From contig CAZMJM010000001.1 of NCBI GenBank assembly GCA_964566875.1, positions 11,650-57,560 on the forward strand: a stretch of 45,911 nt of DNA, read 5' to 3'. Positions 31,998 through 40,413 of the stretch are shown here, in pieces. Source of the stretch: an uncultured Candidatus Saccharibacteria bacterium (GTDB lineage: Bacteria; Patescibacteriota; Minisyncoccia; Minisyncoccales; JANBVM01). The notes under the pieces were generated by a model. That model did not search any database. It was not told where the DNA came from and saw nothing but the letters and a program-made list of their open reading frames with translations. Position 1 is the stretch's first letter. Each line of letters opens with the position of its first letter. Made by a program: the position numbers and the translations under genes.

Positions 31998-32912
31998 ATG
32001 ACGATAGGTATTCCCAAGGCCCTAATCTATTGGAAGAGACCGTTTTTTTGGGAGGAGTTTTTCCGGGCTCTGGGTTTTAATATCTTATTTTCGCCGCCCA
32101 CCAACAAGGAGATAGTGGAGATGGGGGTGAAGAGAGCCGACCCGGAAACCTGCTTTTCCAATAAGGTATACTGGGGCCACCTCATCTGGCTGGACGGAAA
32201 GTGCGACCTTATTTTTGTGCCGCGCCTGAAGACCAATGAGATGAAGCTGGAGTACTGCCCGAAATTTTTCGGAGTTCCGGACCTGGCACGTATCCTGGTG
32301 TCCACGCCCCTCCTGACCCTTACGCTGGACCAGAAAAAACAGACTTTCCGTAAAAGCCTGGAGCGGCTAGGGCGCCAGCTCGGGAAAAGTGTCCAGGAGG
32401 TAAGGGAAGCTTTAAGTAAAGCACTTTTGGTTGAGAAGAGGAAAAAGCACGAGAGGGAAGAAAGATTTTTCAGCAAATTGGCTTCTAAAAAACCTAAAAT
32501 CGTCTTAATTTCTCATCCCTACAACCTATACGATACTTACGTCAACCTAAGAGCCGGAGAAAAACTGCTGGGATTGGGAGTTCAGCCGTTGATACTTGAA
32601 GAGCTGCCGGTAAGACACCGGAGATTCCTCCCTAAGATTAAAGGCGTTCCTGCCGACCTGTCCGACGTGGACTTCCATTGGGAATTTGCCGAAGAAATGG
32701 TTGAAAAAATCAAGGAAATCTTTAAATATGATATTACGGGTGGGGTGGAAATATCCTCCTTCCAGTGCGGCTGTGACGGGGTTATTAAAGAAATGGTGGA
32801 GGGTGAATTCAGAAAGAGGAAGACCCCTTTCCTTTACCTGATTATTGACGAACAGACGGGTGAGGCTGGCCTCCAGACCAGGCTGGAGGCTTTCGTGGAT
32901 ACCCTACATTAA
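31998..32912 (+). CDS. DUF2229-type subunit (acyl-CoA dehydratase activase-related protein)
   Basis: IGIPKALIYWKRPFFWEEFFRALGFNILFSPPTNKEIVEMGVK...CFSNKV and C-terminal LIIDEQTGEAGLQTRLEAFVDTL. Confidence 0.6.
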   Translation: MTIGIPKALIYWKRPFFWEEFFRALGFNILFSPPTNKEIVEMGVKRADPETCFSNKVYWGHLIWLDGKCDLIFVPRLKTNEMKLEYCPKFFGVPDLARILVSTPLLTLTLDQKKQTFRKSLERLGRQLGKSVQEVREALSKALLVEKRKKHEREERFFSKLASKKPKIVLISHPYNLYDTYVNLRAGEKLLGLGVQPLILEELPVRHRRFLPKIKGVPADLSDVDFHWEFAEEMVEKIKEIFKYDITGGVEISSFQCGCDGVIKEMVEGEFRKRKTPFLYLIIDEQTGEAGLQTRLEAFVDTLH

Positions 32913-32916
32913 TATT

Positions 32917-34008
32917 ATGTCCAAAGAAAAAACCATAGTTACCTTTGCCGGATGGGGCAATTATACGACGGCCTTCAAGACCCTCTTTGAACAGTTGGGG
33001 CTGGAGGTTATTCCGCCGGAAAAGACCAATGCCCGGACCGTCTCCGAAGGAGCTAAACTGGTTCCGGAGATGTTTTGTTTTCCCATGAAGGCTACCATCG
33101 GCAATTACCTGCCCGCTCTGAAAAAGGGAGCCAACACCATTTTTATGGTTCAAAACGTGGGAGGTTCATGCCGCCAGAGGTATTACGGAGCTATTCAGGA
33201 CAAAATCTTAAGGGAAAACGGCTGGGACGTTGATTTTATTGACCTGAAAATAACCCCGAAAAATATTTATAAGAAGATCAAAAACGTTTCCGGTGCCTCA
33301 TTCTTTCAAATCCTCAGGGCGGCCAGGATATTTTTTAAGAAACTTTGGCTTATAGAGAAGGTAGATAAGAAGGCCCAGTATTACCGTCCGCGGGAGGTCC
33401 AGGCAGGGGCGACGGATAGGCTGGTGGATTATTTTCTGGTCAGGATGGAGAAAGCGGGCCGGGTGGAAGAACTGTTGAAGCTTGAAAAAGAAATGACGGG
33501 AAAGATGCTCAAGATAGAAATAGACGAGGGGAAGTCCGTACCGAGGGTGGGGCTCATCGGAGAGATATACACGGTTAGCGACCCCAATATTAATTTCGGG
33601 GTGGAAAGGAAATTAGGAAGGGAAGGTATCGAAGTGCACCGCGAAATGGACGTTACCTATCACATAAAAAAAATAATCTTCCCATGGAAAGACTGGGTTA
33701 TTCAGGGGAAAATAAATCCCTACTTAAAATCCACCGTCGGCGGTCACGGCCGGGACGCCATCTACGAGATGATTAATTATGCAGAAAAAGGTTTTGATGG
33801 AATGGTTCATCTGCTGCCCTTCGGCTGTATGCCTGAAGTGACGGTCAGGCCCATCCTGGAAAACATCCACAAGGAAAAAGGCATTCCCTTCCTGTCACTT
33901 TCTCTGGACGAGCAGGTGGCGGAGGCGGGCATCGATACCCGTTTGGAAGCTTTCGTAGATGTTGTCAAAAACTATCACAAGCAGTATAATCAGCGCAGTT
34001 TATCATGA
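32917..34008 (+). CDS. 2-hydroxyacyl-CoA dehydratase D-component-like subunit
   Basis: CFPMKATIGNY, GGSCRQRYY, IGEIYTV, LPFGCMPE, and C-terminal LSLDEQVAEAGIDTRLEAFVDVV (a paralogous tail to the previous gene). I prefer the ATG at 32917 over the track start at 32845, which overlaps the upstream gene. Confidence 0.6.
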   Translation: MSKEKTIVTFAGWGNYTTAFKTLFEQLGLEVIPPEKTNARTVSEGAKLVPEMFCFPMKATIGNYLPALKKGANTIFMVQNVGGSCRQRYYGAIQDKILRENGWDVDFIDLKITPKNIYKKIKNVSGASFFQILRAARIFFKKLWLIEKVDKKAQYYRPREVQAGATDRLVDYFLVRMEKAGRVEELLKLEKEMTGKMLKIEIDEGKSVPRVGLIGEIYTVSDPNINFGVERKLGREGIEVHREMDVTYHIKKIIFPWKDWVIQGKINPYLKSTVGGHGRDAIYEMINYAEKGFDGMVHLLPFGCMPEVTVRPILENIHKEKGIPFLSLSLDEQVAEAGIDTRLEAFVDVVKNYHKQYNQRSLS

Positions 34009-34982
34009 AGACTTATCTGGGCATAGACGTCGGGTCCATCTCTACCAAGCTGGTTTTAATAAACCAAAAAGGGGAGATACTCTACCATCTGTACAAAAGG
34101 ACGGAGGGTAATCCCATTAACGCCGTTCAAAAGGGCCTGAAGCATCTGCAGGGCTATCTTGAAGAAAAGAACCTGGACGCGGAGATAACCGGCGTGGGGA
34201 CCACGGGTTCCGCGCGGCATCTGGCGGGGGTCATTACGGGTGCCGACCTGATTAAAAACGAAATCACGGCCCATGCCAAGGGCACTTCTTTTCTGGTACC
34301 CGACGTCAGAACCATCATAGAAATAGGGGGACAGGATTCTAAGATTATAGTTTTGGAAGATGGGGTGGCAGTGGATTTTGCCATGAATCTGATATGCGCC
34401 GCCGGCACCGGCTCTTTCCTTGATGCCCAGGCTTTCCGCCTTAAAATACCCATTGAACAATTCGGAGGTTTAGCCCTGAAATCTCAAAAGCCGACTAACA
34501 TCGGTTCCCGATGTACGGTCTTTTGTGAATCCGACATGATTCACAAGCAGCAGATAGGGCACCGGGTAGAAGACATCGTGGCCGGTTTGTGTCAGGGTTT
34601 GGCGAGAAACTTTTTAGCTAATGTGGCCAAGGGCAAGAATATAAATTCTCCCATAGTCTTTCTGGGAGGCGTTTCCCAGAACATAGGTATGAGAAAGGCT
34701 TTTGAAAACGCCCTGCAGCAGGAAGTCATCGTTCCTGATTATAACACCGTTATGGGAGCCTTCGGGGCAGCCTTACTGGTTAAGGAGTCCGTTCCAGAGA
34801 AAACGAAATTTTTGGGATTTGAGGTTTCTGATAAAAACATCCAATGCACTTCTTTCCAGTGCGATGGATGCCCTAATCACTGCGAGGTTATAGAAGCCAA
34901 GATAGAAGGCAAGACCATGGCCCGCTGGGGAGACCGCTGCGGAAAATGGTCCAACGTTTCACGGTCCAGTTCTCTTTCCTGA
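34005..34982 (+). CDS. BcrA/BadF/HgdC-family ATPase (radical enzyme activase) with a C-terminal Cys-rich extension
   Basis: YLGIDVGSISTKLV, GTTGSARH, IEIGGQDSK, AMNLICAAGTGSFLD and SRCTVFCESDMI match HgdC-type activases. The tail is CTSFQCDGCPNHCEV...WGDRCGKW. Confidence 0.8.
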   Translation: MKTYLGIDVGSISTKLVLINQKGEILYHLYKRTEGNPINAVQKGLKHLQGYLEEKNLDAEITGVGTTGSARHLAGVITGADLIKNEITAHAKGTSFLVPDVRTIIEIGGQDSKIIVLEDGVAVDFAMNLICAAGTGSFLDAQAFRLKIPIEQFGGLALKSQKPTNIGSRCTVFCESDMIHKQQIGHRVEDIVAGLCQGLARNFLANVAKGKNINSPIVFLGGVSQNIGMRKAFENALQQEVIVPDYNTVMGAFGAALLVKESVPEKTKFLGFEVSDKNIQCTSFQCDGCPNHCEVIEAKIEGKTMARWGDRCGKWSNVSRSSSLS

Positions 34983-34995
34983 AGCGAAGTTTATT

Positions 34996-36030
34996 CTATC
35001 GGTTGGGTCTTTGGGGCATCCATATAATATTATTCCCCTGAACGTCAAATTTCCCTTCCGCGAACTTTTCAATCACCCACATATTGGTTCTGGCGTGACT
35101 GGTTATCTCTGAGGTCTTTACCTCTATTTTTTTGGGATGCAGGACGAGAAAAGGAAGGATTTGGTCCGTCAGGTGTCTGTCCAGACAGGCGCCGGTTTTT
35201 TCTTCGGCCAGCAAATTGACCGCCGCTTCCTTTCCCACTTCTTCAGCTCTCTTGCCTAAAGTTCCTAAAACGTCCGCACCCAGAACCGTCCTGGCGAATT
35301 CCGCCGTCAGACAAACGTGGCTTCCCGGGGAGGAGGTTCTATAATACCTTGTCTCGGCTTGAACGGGAAGGCCCTTCAAGCCGCCCAGTATCTCCCTGGC
35401 TCCCCTGGCCTGGCGCTCGGCAACTTTCTTGTCCCGTAAAGAAGAAGATGCACCCGACAAAACCGATATCTTTGTAAGTTCTCCTCTTTCAATGAAGGGG
35501 CGGAGCTTCAAGGCGGAAGGGCTAATTCTTAAGCTTACCTCCGCGCCTCCTTCCGGGTAATAGCCCTTCTTTTTGGTTTCCACCTCTATTTCAGCTCCCA
35601 TTTTACACAGTAAACTGAGAAAGACACGCTGGAAGAAATCCCATGAAGGAGCAAAAAAAGTATCGGTAGCTCCTCCTCTCACCTTAATTTCAGTGGGAGA
35701 TGGGGCAAGGAGAACCGGAAGTATCAGGGCCTGGAGCACCAGCGGGATGCTACAGGCCGTCTCCAGCCTTATAGTCAGAGATTTTTGTGTTGAGGTGCCG
35801 GGAAAAAACTGTATTGTTCTGCTCCCCAGCGAATCACCCTTCACCTCTCCGCCGCATAATTCGGAGGCGCTTCTCAGGGCTGCCAGATGCTGATGGCCCA
35901 GACCTGGCTTTTCCCTTCCCTCCCGGAGGCGGGAAACCTCAAAAGGCTTTTTAAAGGCGATTGCCAGGGCGAGAGCGGTCCGGAGGATCTGTCCGCCCCC
36001 CTCCATTTTTGAACCGTCTATTGTAATCAT
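34996..36030 (-). CDS. rtcA: RNA 3'-terminal phosphate cyclase
   Basis: IDGSKMEGGGQILRTALALA N-terminus. A histidine-containing region near the C-terminal third. 344 aa. Confidence 0.9.
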   Translation of the reverse strand: MITIDGSKMEGGGQILRTALALAIAFKKPFEVSRLREGREKPGLGHQHLAALRSASELCGGEVKGDSLGSRTIQFFPGTSTQKSLTIRLETACSIPLVLQALILPVLLAPSPTEIKVRGGATDTFFAPSWDFFQRVFLSLLCKMGAEIEVETKKKGYYPEGGAEVSLRISPSALKLRPFIERGELTKISVLSGASSSLRDKKVAERQARGAREILGGLKGLPVQAETRYYRTSSPGSHVCLTAEFARTVLGADVLGTLGKRAEEVGKEAAVNLLAEEKTGACLDRHLTDQILPFLVLHPKKIEVKTSEITSHARTNMWVIEKFAEGKFDVQGNNIIWMPQRPNR

Positions 36031-36118
36031 ATATTAATCCTGATTATTTTATTCTAAAAGAAAGAATTTAATTTTTAAAGACCGCCAGGGCAATTGGGTT
36101 TTGGCTGGAAGGTTAATC

Positions 36119-36146
36119 TTGACAAGTCTATCAGTCCCGTTATAAT
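36119..36146 (+). promoter_or_regulatory. Consensus sigma70 promoter 220 nt upstream of greA
   Basis: TTGACA (36119-36124), 16-nt spacer, TATAAT (36141-36146). Confidence 0.65.
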
Positions 36147-36151
36147 AGAAC

Positions 36152-36355
36152 AAGCTTTAGTAAGCATAAGCGGCAGACAGCCTTTATGAACCGATACGGC
36201 AGCCAAAAATTTTTTTTCATGCTAACCGGGATAAAAACCTGGAGATACGACGTCTCCATCACTTGCGGAGAGATTTGCGAGAGGTTTAGTAAGAAAAGCC
36301 GCTAACACTACCATCAAAACTTACTACTAGGCCTCTCACCCAAAGAGGCCTTTTC
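36152..36355 (+). ncRNA. ~200-nt structured greA leader or small RNA with terminator/antiterminator alternatives
   Basis: Terminator AGGCCTCT (36329-36336) / AGAGGCCT (36344-36351) + TTTT, 12 nt before the greA ATG. TTTAGTAAG is duplicated (36156-36164 and 36285-36293), and both copies are complementary to CTTACTA (36320-36326). GAGAGG (36279-36284) is complementary to CCTCTC (36332-36337), which lies in the terminator arm. Confidence 0.45.
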
Positions 36356-36366
36356 GCTTCAAAACC

Positions 36367-36840
36367 ATGGAAAACAAGTTCTACCTTACCAAGGAGGGAT
36401 TAAAAAAACTTCAGAAAGAGTATCAGGACTTGAGAAAGATTAAGTTTGCCAAAACCACGGGAGAAACCCCGGCTGCTTTGCATTCCGAGGACCTGAACCC
36501 GGAGTACCTCTCATTTAGGGAAGACTTGAGTTTTTTGGAGACCAGAATCGTGGAGCTTACCAACATCCTTAAGAACGCCGAAACGATAAAAAAACCGCGG
36601 AAGAATGAAAGGGATATGGTATCCCTGGGAGCTACGGTTACCCTGCAGGAAGCGGACGGACAGATCAACGAGTTTATGATAGTGGGTACCCTTGAAGCCA
36701 ACCCCGGCGAAGGTAAAATTTCTTCAGCCTCTCCCATCGGCAGAACCCTGCTTGGTCACCGCAAGGGAGAGGAGGTGGTAATTACTTCTCCCATCAAGGT
36801 TGTTTATAAAATCAAGGACGTCAAATACCGCTCCATATAG
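36367..36840 (+). CDS. greA: Transcription elongation/cleavage factor GreA
   Basis: N-terminal coiled coil (LTKEGLKKLQKEYQDL) and C-terminal FKBP-like domain (ISSASPIGRTLLGHRKGEEV). Confidence 0.92.
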   Translation: MENKFYLTKEGLKKLQKEYQDLRKIKFAKTTGETPAALHSEDLNPEYLSFREDLSFLETRIVELTNILKNAETIKKPRKNERDMVSLGATVTLQEADGQINEFMIVGTLEANPGEGKISSASPIGRTLLGHRKGEEVVITSPIKVVYKIKDVKYRSI

Positions 36841-36851
36841 GCGGGTGAGGT

Positions 36852-36879
36852 TTGACTATCTCTCATAAATTAGGATAAT
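36852..36879 (+). promoter_or_regulatory. Putative promoter of the tandem-HD gene
   Basis: TTGACT (36852-36857), 16-nt spacer, GATAAT (36874-36879). The -10 lies inside the left arm of the 16-bp inverted repeat. Confidence 0.4.
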
Positions 36880-36910
36880 ATACTCAGGAGAGCTCTGAGT
36901 ATATTATCCT
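36872..36910. repeat. Perfect 16-bp inverted repeat with 7-nt spacer (operator and/or greA terminator hairpin)
   Basis: AGGATAATATACTCAG (36872-36887), GAGAGCT, CTGAGTATATTATCCT (36895-36910). Confidence 0.75.
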
Positions 36911-36946
36911 GTTAGGCAGAGGTTAAATTCGGAATTAGCAAACCTT

Positions 36947-38233
36947 ATGGACAAAGCACTGGACTTCCTGCTGGAGGTCAGTAAATTAAAAACTATGCCC
37001 AGGACGGGATGGGTTCTGATGGAAGTAAAAAATCCGGAAACCATCGCCGACCATACCTTCCGACTGGCTCTGGCCTGTTGGCTCCTGGCAGAGAAAAGGG
37101 GGCTCAACTCCACCAAGGCCGTCAAGATGGCTTTAGCCCATGACCTATGTGAGGTTTACGCGGGGGATATGACCCCGTTTTTTTACTACGTGGACTTGCC
37201 TCAGGGGGAAGGCAGGATGGGAGAAAAAGAAGCCTTGAAGAGGTGGGTGCGGCTGACGAAAAAAGAAAAAGAGGAAAGGGGGAAGGTAAAATTTCAAAAA
37301 GAAAAAGAAAGCCTGGAGAAATTGATCCGGAGCCTCTCTCTTAAACTTCAGAGGGAGCTGTTTTCTTCCTGGTTGGATTATGAGAAGAGGATGTCTCAGG
37401 AGGGCAAGTTTGTCCGACAGGTGGACAGGATAGAAACCCTTCTCCAGTCGATAGAATATCTCGGCAATAAAGAGGAAGACAGCGGTACCAGTTGGTGGGA
37501 AGGTACGGAGGAAATGGTGGAAGACCCCATGCTGATTGATTTCTTAAGAGTCATTCAGAACAGATTTTATCCGGGAGCAGAGAAACCCGGGGAAAAGAAC
37601 GAGGGCCTTGAAAATATCTTAGACTTTCTGCTGCAGGTGGGAAAATTAAAGAGATTACCGAGGATGTATTGGAAGATGAGGGAGGTTAAGGAACCGGAGA
37701 CGGTAGCGGGCCACATCTTTTCCGTTTCCATCATGGCCTGGGTTTTTGGGAGCCAGCTGAAGTGTAACCTGGGCAGGCTCATCAAAATGGCGCTCTGTCA
37801 TGAAATATCGGCCGTCTATACTGGTGACACCACCCCCTATGACAGCACCTTTCCCGAAGAGAAGGGGGCCAGGAAAGAGGTTCTTAAAAAGTGGGTACGC
37901 CTCTCTCAGGTGGAAAAGGCGGAACAGTTTGCGGAAGACTTCAAAGAAGAAAAAGAGGCTCTGGAAAACCTTTCCCGAAATCTGAAACCTCCCTTTAAGG
38001 AGGAGATCATTGGGCTGTGGAGGGAGTACAGGACCAGGAGCAGCCTGGAAGGCAATCTTTTGTCTCAAATCAACGTTCTGGCGGTTCTCCTCCAGAATCT
38101 GCTGTACGAAAGGAAAGATAAAAAATTTTCTTCATCCCCCATTTGGGAGTGGGCATTTGAGAAATGCGACAATCAGCTCTGTTTTGATTTTTTTGACGAA
38201 GCCAAAAAGAAATTTTATCCTAAAGGGAATTGA
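36947..38233 (+). CDS. Tandem HD-domain phosphohydrolase (two YfbR/HDDC2-like 5'-nucleotidase modules)
   Basis: Module 1: LKTMPRTGW...ETIADHTFRLA...LAHDLCEVYAGDMTP. Module 2: LKRLPRMYW...ETVAGHIFSVS...LCHEISAVYTGDTTP, where HD is replaced by HE. Confidence 0.7.
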   Translation: MDKALDFLLEVSKLKTMPRTGWVLMEVKNPETIADHTFRLALACWLLAEKRGLNSTKAVKMALAHDLCEVYAGDMTPFFYYVDLPQGEGRMGEKEALKRWVRLTKKEKEERGKVKFQKEKESLEKLIRSLSLKLQRELFSSWLDYEKRMSQEGKFVRQVDRIETLLQSIEYLGNKEEDSGTSWWEGTEEMVEDPMLIDFLRVIQNRFYPGAEKPGEKNEGLENILDFLLQVGKLKRLPRMYWKMREVKEPETVAGHIFSVSIMAWVFGSQLKCNLGRLIKMALCHEISAVYTGDTTPYDSTFPEEKGARKEVLKKWVRLSQVEKAEQFAEDFKEEKEALENLSRNLKPPFKEEIIGLWREYRTRSSLEGNLLSQINVLAVLLQNLLYERKDKKFSSSPIWEWAFEKCDNQLCFDFFDEAKKKFYPKGN

Positions 38234-38277
38234 GAACAAGATTTTAATAAACTTAAAGGTATCGTATCAATAAAAAC

Positions 38278-39036
38278 GTGGGGAAGGTAAAGAAAACCCT
38301 TACAATTCTGGCGGCGGCAGCGGTTCTGTTTTTCATCTTTGCCCCGAGCAGGTTTCCGGATAATACCGACTTCATCGCAGGACTGAATAAAGCCATTCCC
38401 AACCGGGCGGTAATAGTTTTTAATTCAGGGGGCTGGGGATACACCCCTCCCCGGCAGGCAGCCGATTTCGCGCCCGTTTTAACGGGCATCCAGGATACCT
38501 TGGCGGCCGCAGACTACCAATCGGTGGTCATTCCTTATAAGAGGACGGAAAACAGTTTTTTAGGCAAGATTACCGGTTTACGGGGTTTTGTTTCATCTTT
38601 CGATTTTCAGTCTTCCGCTCTGGCAGGGTATCTGGAGGAATACCTTGAAAAAAACCCGGAAGAAAAGATAATTATCACCGGCCTTTCCAATGGGGCCGCC
38701 TTTACCGACCAGACTATAGAAAAGATGGGACGGGAAACCGCTGGCCAGGTGCTGGCCATCGAGGTGGGTACGCCTTTTTGGGAAAAGCCTATGGTGGCAG
38801 GCAACGTCCTCTTCCTGGATAATAACGGACAGGACTCTTTGGCCGACGGGAAGATATCCAGCCTGTTGCTGGCTCTTGTTAAGGCCCCCTTCAGACTGGT
38901 TTCCGCTAAGGTCTGCGGGACAGACCTTTCTTTTTCCCGTTCCATCCAGGTGCCGGGGCATGAATATACCTGGAATTCTTCCACCGGCAGCGACATCACC
39001 CAATTTTTAAAGGAAAATTTTCCTCCCCTTCAATAA
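38278..39036 (+). CDS. Membrane-anchored hypothetical protein with a GxSxG elbow (possible alpha/beta hydrolase); GTG start
   Basis: N-terminal TM (LTILAAAAVLFFIFAP). The IIITGLSNGAAF nucleophile-elbow-like motif is the only clue. Confidence 0.3.
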   Translation: MGKVKKTLTILAAAAVLFFIFAPSRFPDNTDFIAGLNKAIPNRAVIVFNSGGWGYTPPRQAADFAPVLTGIQDTLAAADYQSVVIPYKRTENSFLGKITGLRGFVSSFDFQSSALAGYLEEYLEKNPEEKIIITGLSNGAAFTDQTIEKMGRETAGQVLAIEVGTPFWEKPMVAGNVLFLDNNGQDSLADGKISSLLLALVKAPFRLVSAKVCGTDLSFSRSIQVPGHEYTWNSSTGSDITQFLKENFPPLQ

Positions 39037-39037
39037 A

Positions 39038-40060
39038 ATGGTTATTTCCTCAGCCCCTGGAAAGATCATCCTCTTCGGCGAACACGCCGTCGTCTACGAC
39101 AAACTGGGAATAGTCTGCAGCGTTGACAAGAGGTGTCGGGTGAAATCCTCTCCCTTTCCCGGCAGGGAGATTGGCATCACGTCCCATAATCTTGGAATCA
39201 AGGGTTCTCTGGACGAGAAAGGGCTTTTCCGGACGGCCGAGGAGGTAAGGGCCTGGGAAGAGAGCGGCAATTTTCAGAAGATAAAGGAAAGGCTTGCCCA
39301 GGACAATCTTGCTCCGAGTTTTTTTGTTGTAGCGGAGATTTTTAAAAAATATCAAACTTTTCAGGGCATGCGCATCGAAATCAGCTCCGATATCCCCAAC
39401 AGCTTAGGGTCAAGTTCTGCCGTTTTCTCGGCGCTCAGCCTGGGAGTCCTGAAACTTTTAGGGAAAAATCCTTCCAAGGATGAGATTTCCGGATTTTCCT
39501 ACCGGGGAGACATCATGGCTCACGGAGGAACCCCCTCCGGTATCGACAACAGCGCTGTTACCTGGGGCGGTTATCTTGCCTACAGGAAATCGGATGGCAT
39601 CAGAAAGATGGACATCGATTTTAACCTTCCTCTTTTGGTTGTAGACAGCGGGCGGAAAGCCAGGACATCAGAAACCGTTTCCTATATCAGGGGGCTGCGG
39701 GAAAAAAATCCTTCTCTGATAGACGGAGTGATGGAAAGGCTGAATTCAATTTCTGAAAGATCTTTGGAAGCACTGTCTGCCGGTTCTCTGGGGCGGGTCG
39801 GCAGTCTGATGACGGAATATTATCGGGAGTTAAAAAAACTGCATATTTCTACTCCCGAACTGGACGGCATAATAGGCCTGGCTCTGAAAAACGGAGCCCT
39901 GGGCGGGAAACCCACCGGGGGATGGGGTGGAGGCTGCTGCCTGGTATTAGCTGAAGACGAATCTAAGGGAAAAAGGCTCTCTGATATTTTTCAGGAAAAT
40001 GGTTTCTCTTCTTTCCCGGTCGTCACCGAGCAAGAGGGCGTAAAACTCATCACTCCTTAA
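39038..40060 (+). CDS. mvk: Mevalonate kinase (GHMP kinase)
   Basis: SAPGKIILFGEHAVVYD, NSLGSSSAVFSA (GHMP motif 2) and KPTGGWGGGC (motif 3). Confidence 0.8.
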   Translation: MVISSAPGKIILFGEHAVVYDKLGIVCSVDKRCRVKSSPFPGREIGITSHNLGIKGSLDEKGLFRTAEEVRAWEESGNFQKIKERLAQDNLAPSFFVVAEIFKKYQTFQGMRIEISSDIPNSLGSSSAVFSALSLGVLKLLGKNPSKDEISGFSYRGDIMAHGGTPSGIDNSAVTWGGYLAYRKSDGIRKMDIDFNLPLLVVDSGRKARTSETVSYIRGLREKNPSLIDGVMERLNSISERSLEALSAGSLGRVGSLMTEYYRELKKLHISTPELDGIIGLALKNGALGGKPTGGWGGGCCLVLAEDESKGKRLSDIFQENGFSSFPVVTEQEGVKLITP

Positions 40061-40160
40061 AAATACTTCCGTCGGGAAAAGCTGGATAACTTTTTTGATT
40101 TCCGGCCCACATCCATTAAAATTATATTAATAGAAAGTTTAAAAAATAAGAGGGTGAGAA

Positions 40161-40361
40161 ATGATGATGGTGACTAAGAGTTTGAATGTTGTGAACAAGA
40201 AAATAGTTGGTATCAGGGACAAAGACGGTGAGTTCATTATTGAACTGGAAGATGGCGGCGAAATAACCATGAAACTGGAAGGAGACGTATGTAATGATGG
40301 AGTGCTGTGCCAATGGCCGGTGGTGCGTCTGAATGGTGACGAATTATGGAAAGGCATATAA
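40161..40361 (+). CDS. Hypothetical 66-aa protein in an AT-rich islet
   Basis: GAGGGTGAG Shine-Dalgarno-like sequence before the ATG and a strong terminator after the stop. No family recognised. Confidence 0.4.
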   Translation: MMMVTKSLNVVNKKIVGIRDKDGEFIIELEDGGEITMKLEGDVCNDGVLCQWPVVRLNGDELWKGI

Positions 40362-40380
40362 ATCGTTCTTTGTTCTTTTT

Positions 40381-40413
40381 ACGAGACCTTTAAACGTCTC
40401 GTTTTTATTTTTT
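40381..40413 (+). terminator. Intrinsic terminator
   Basis: ACGAGAC (40381-40387), 8-nt loop, GTCTCGT (40396-40402), then TTTTTATTTTTT. Confidence 0.7.
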
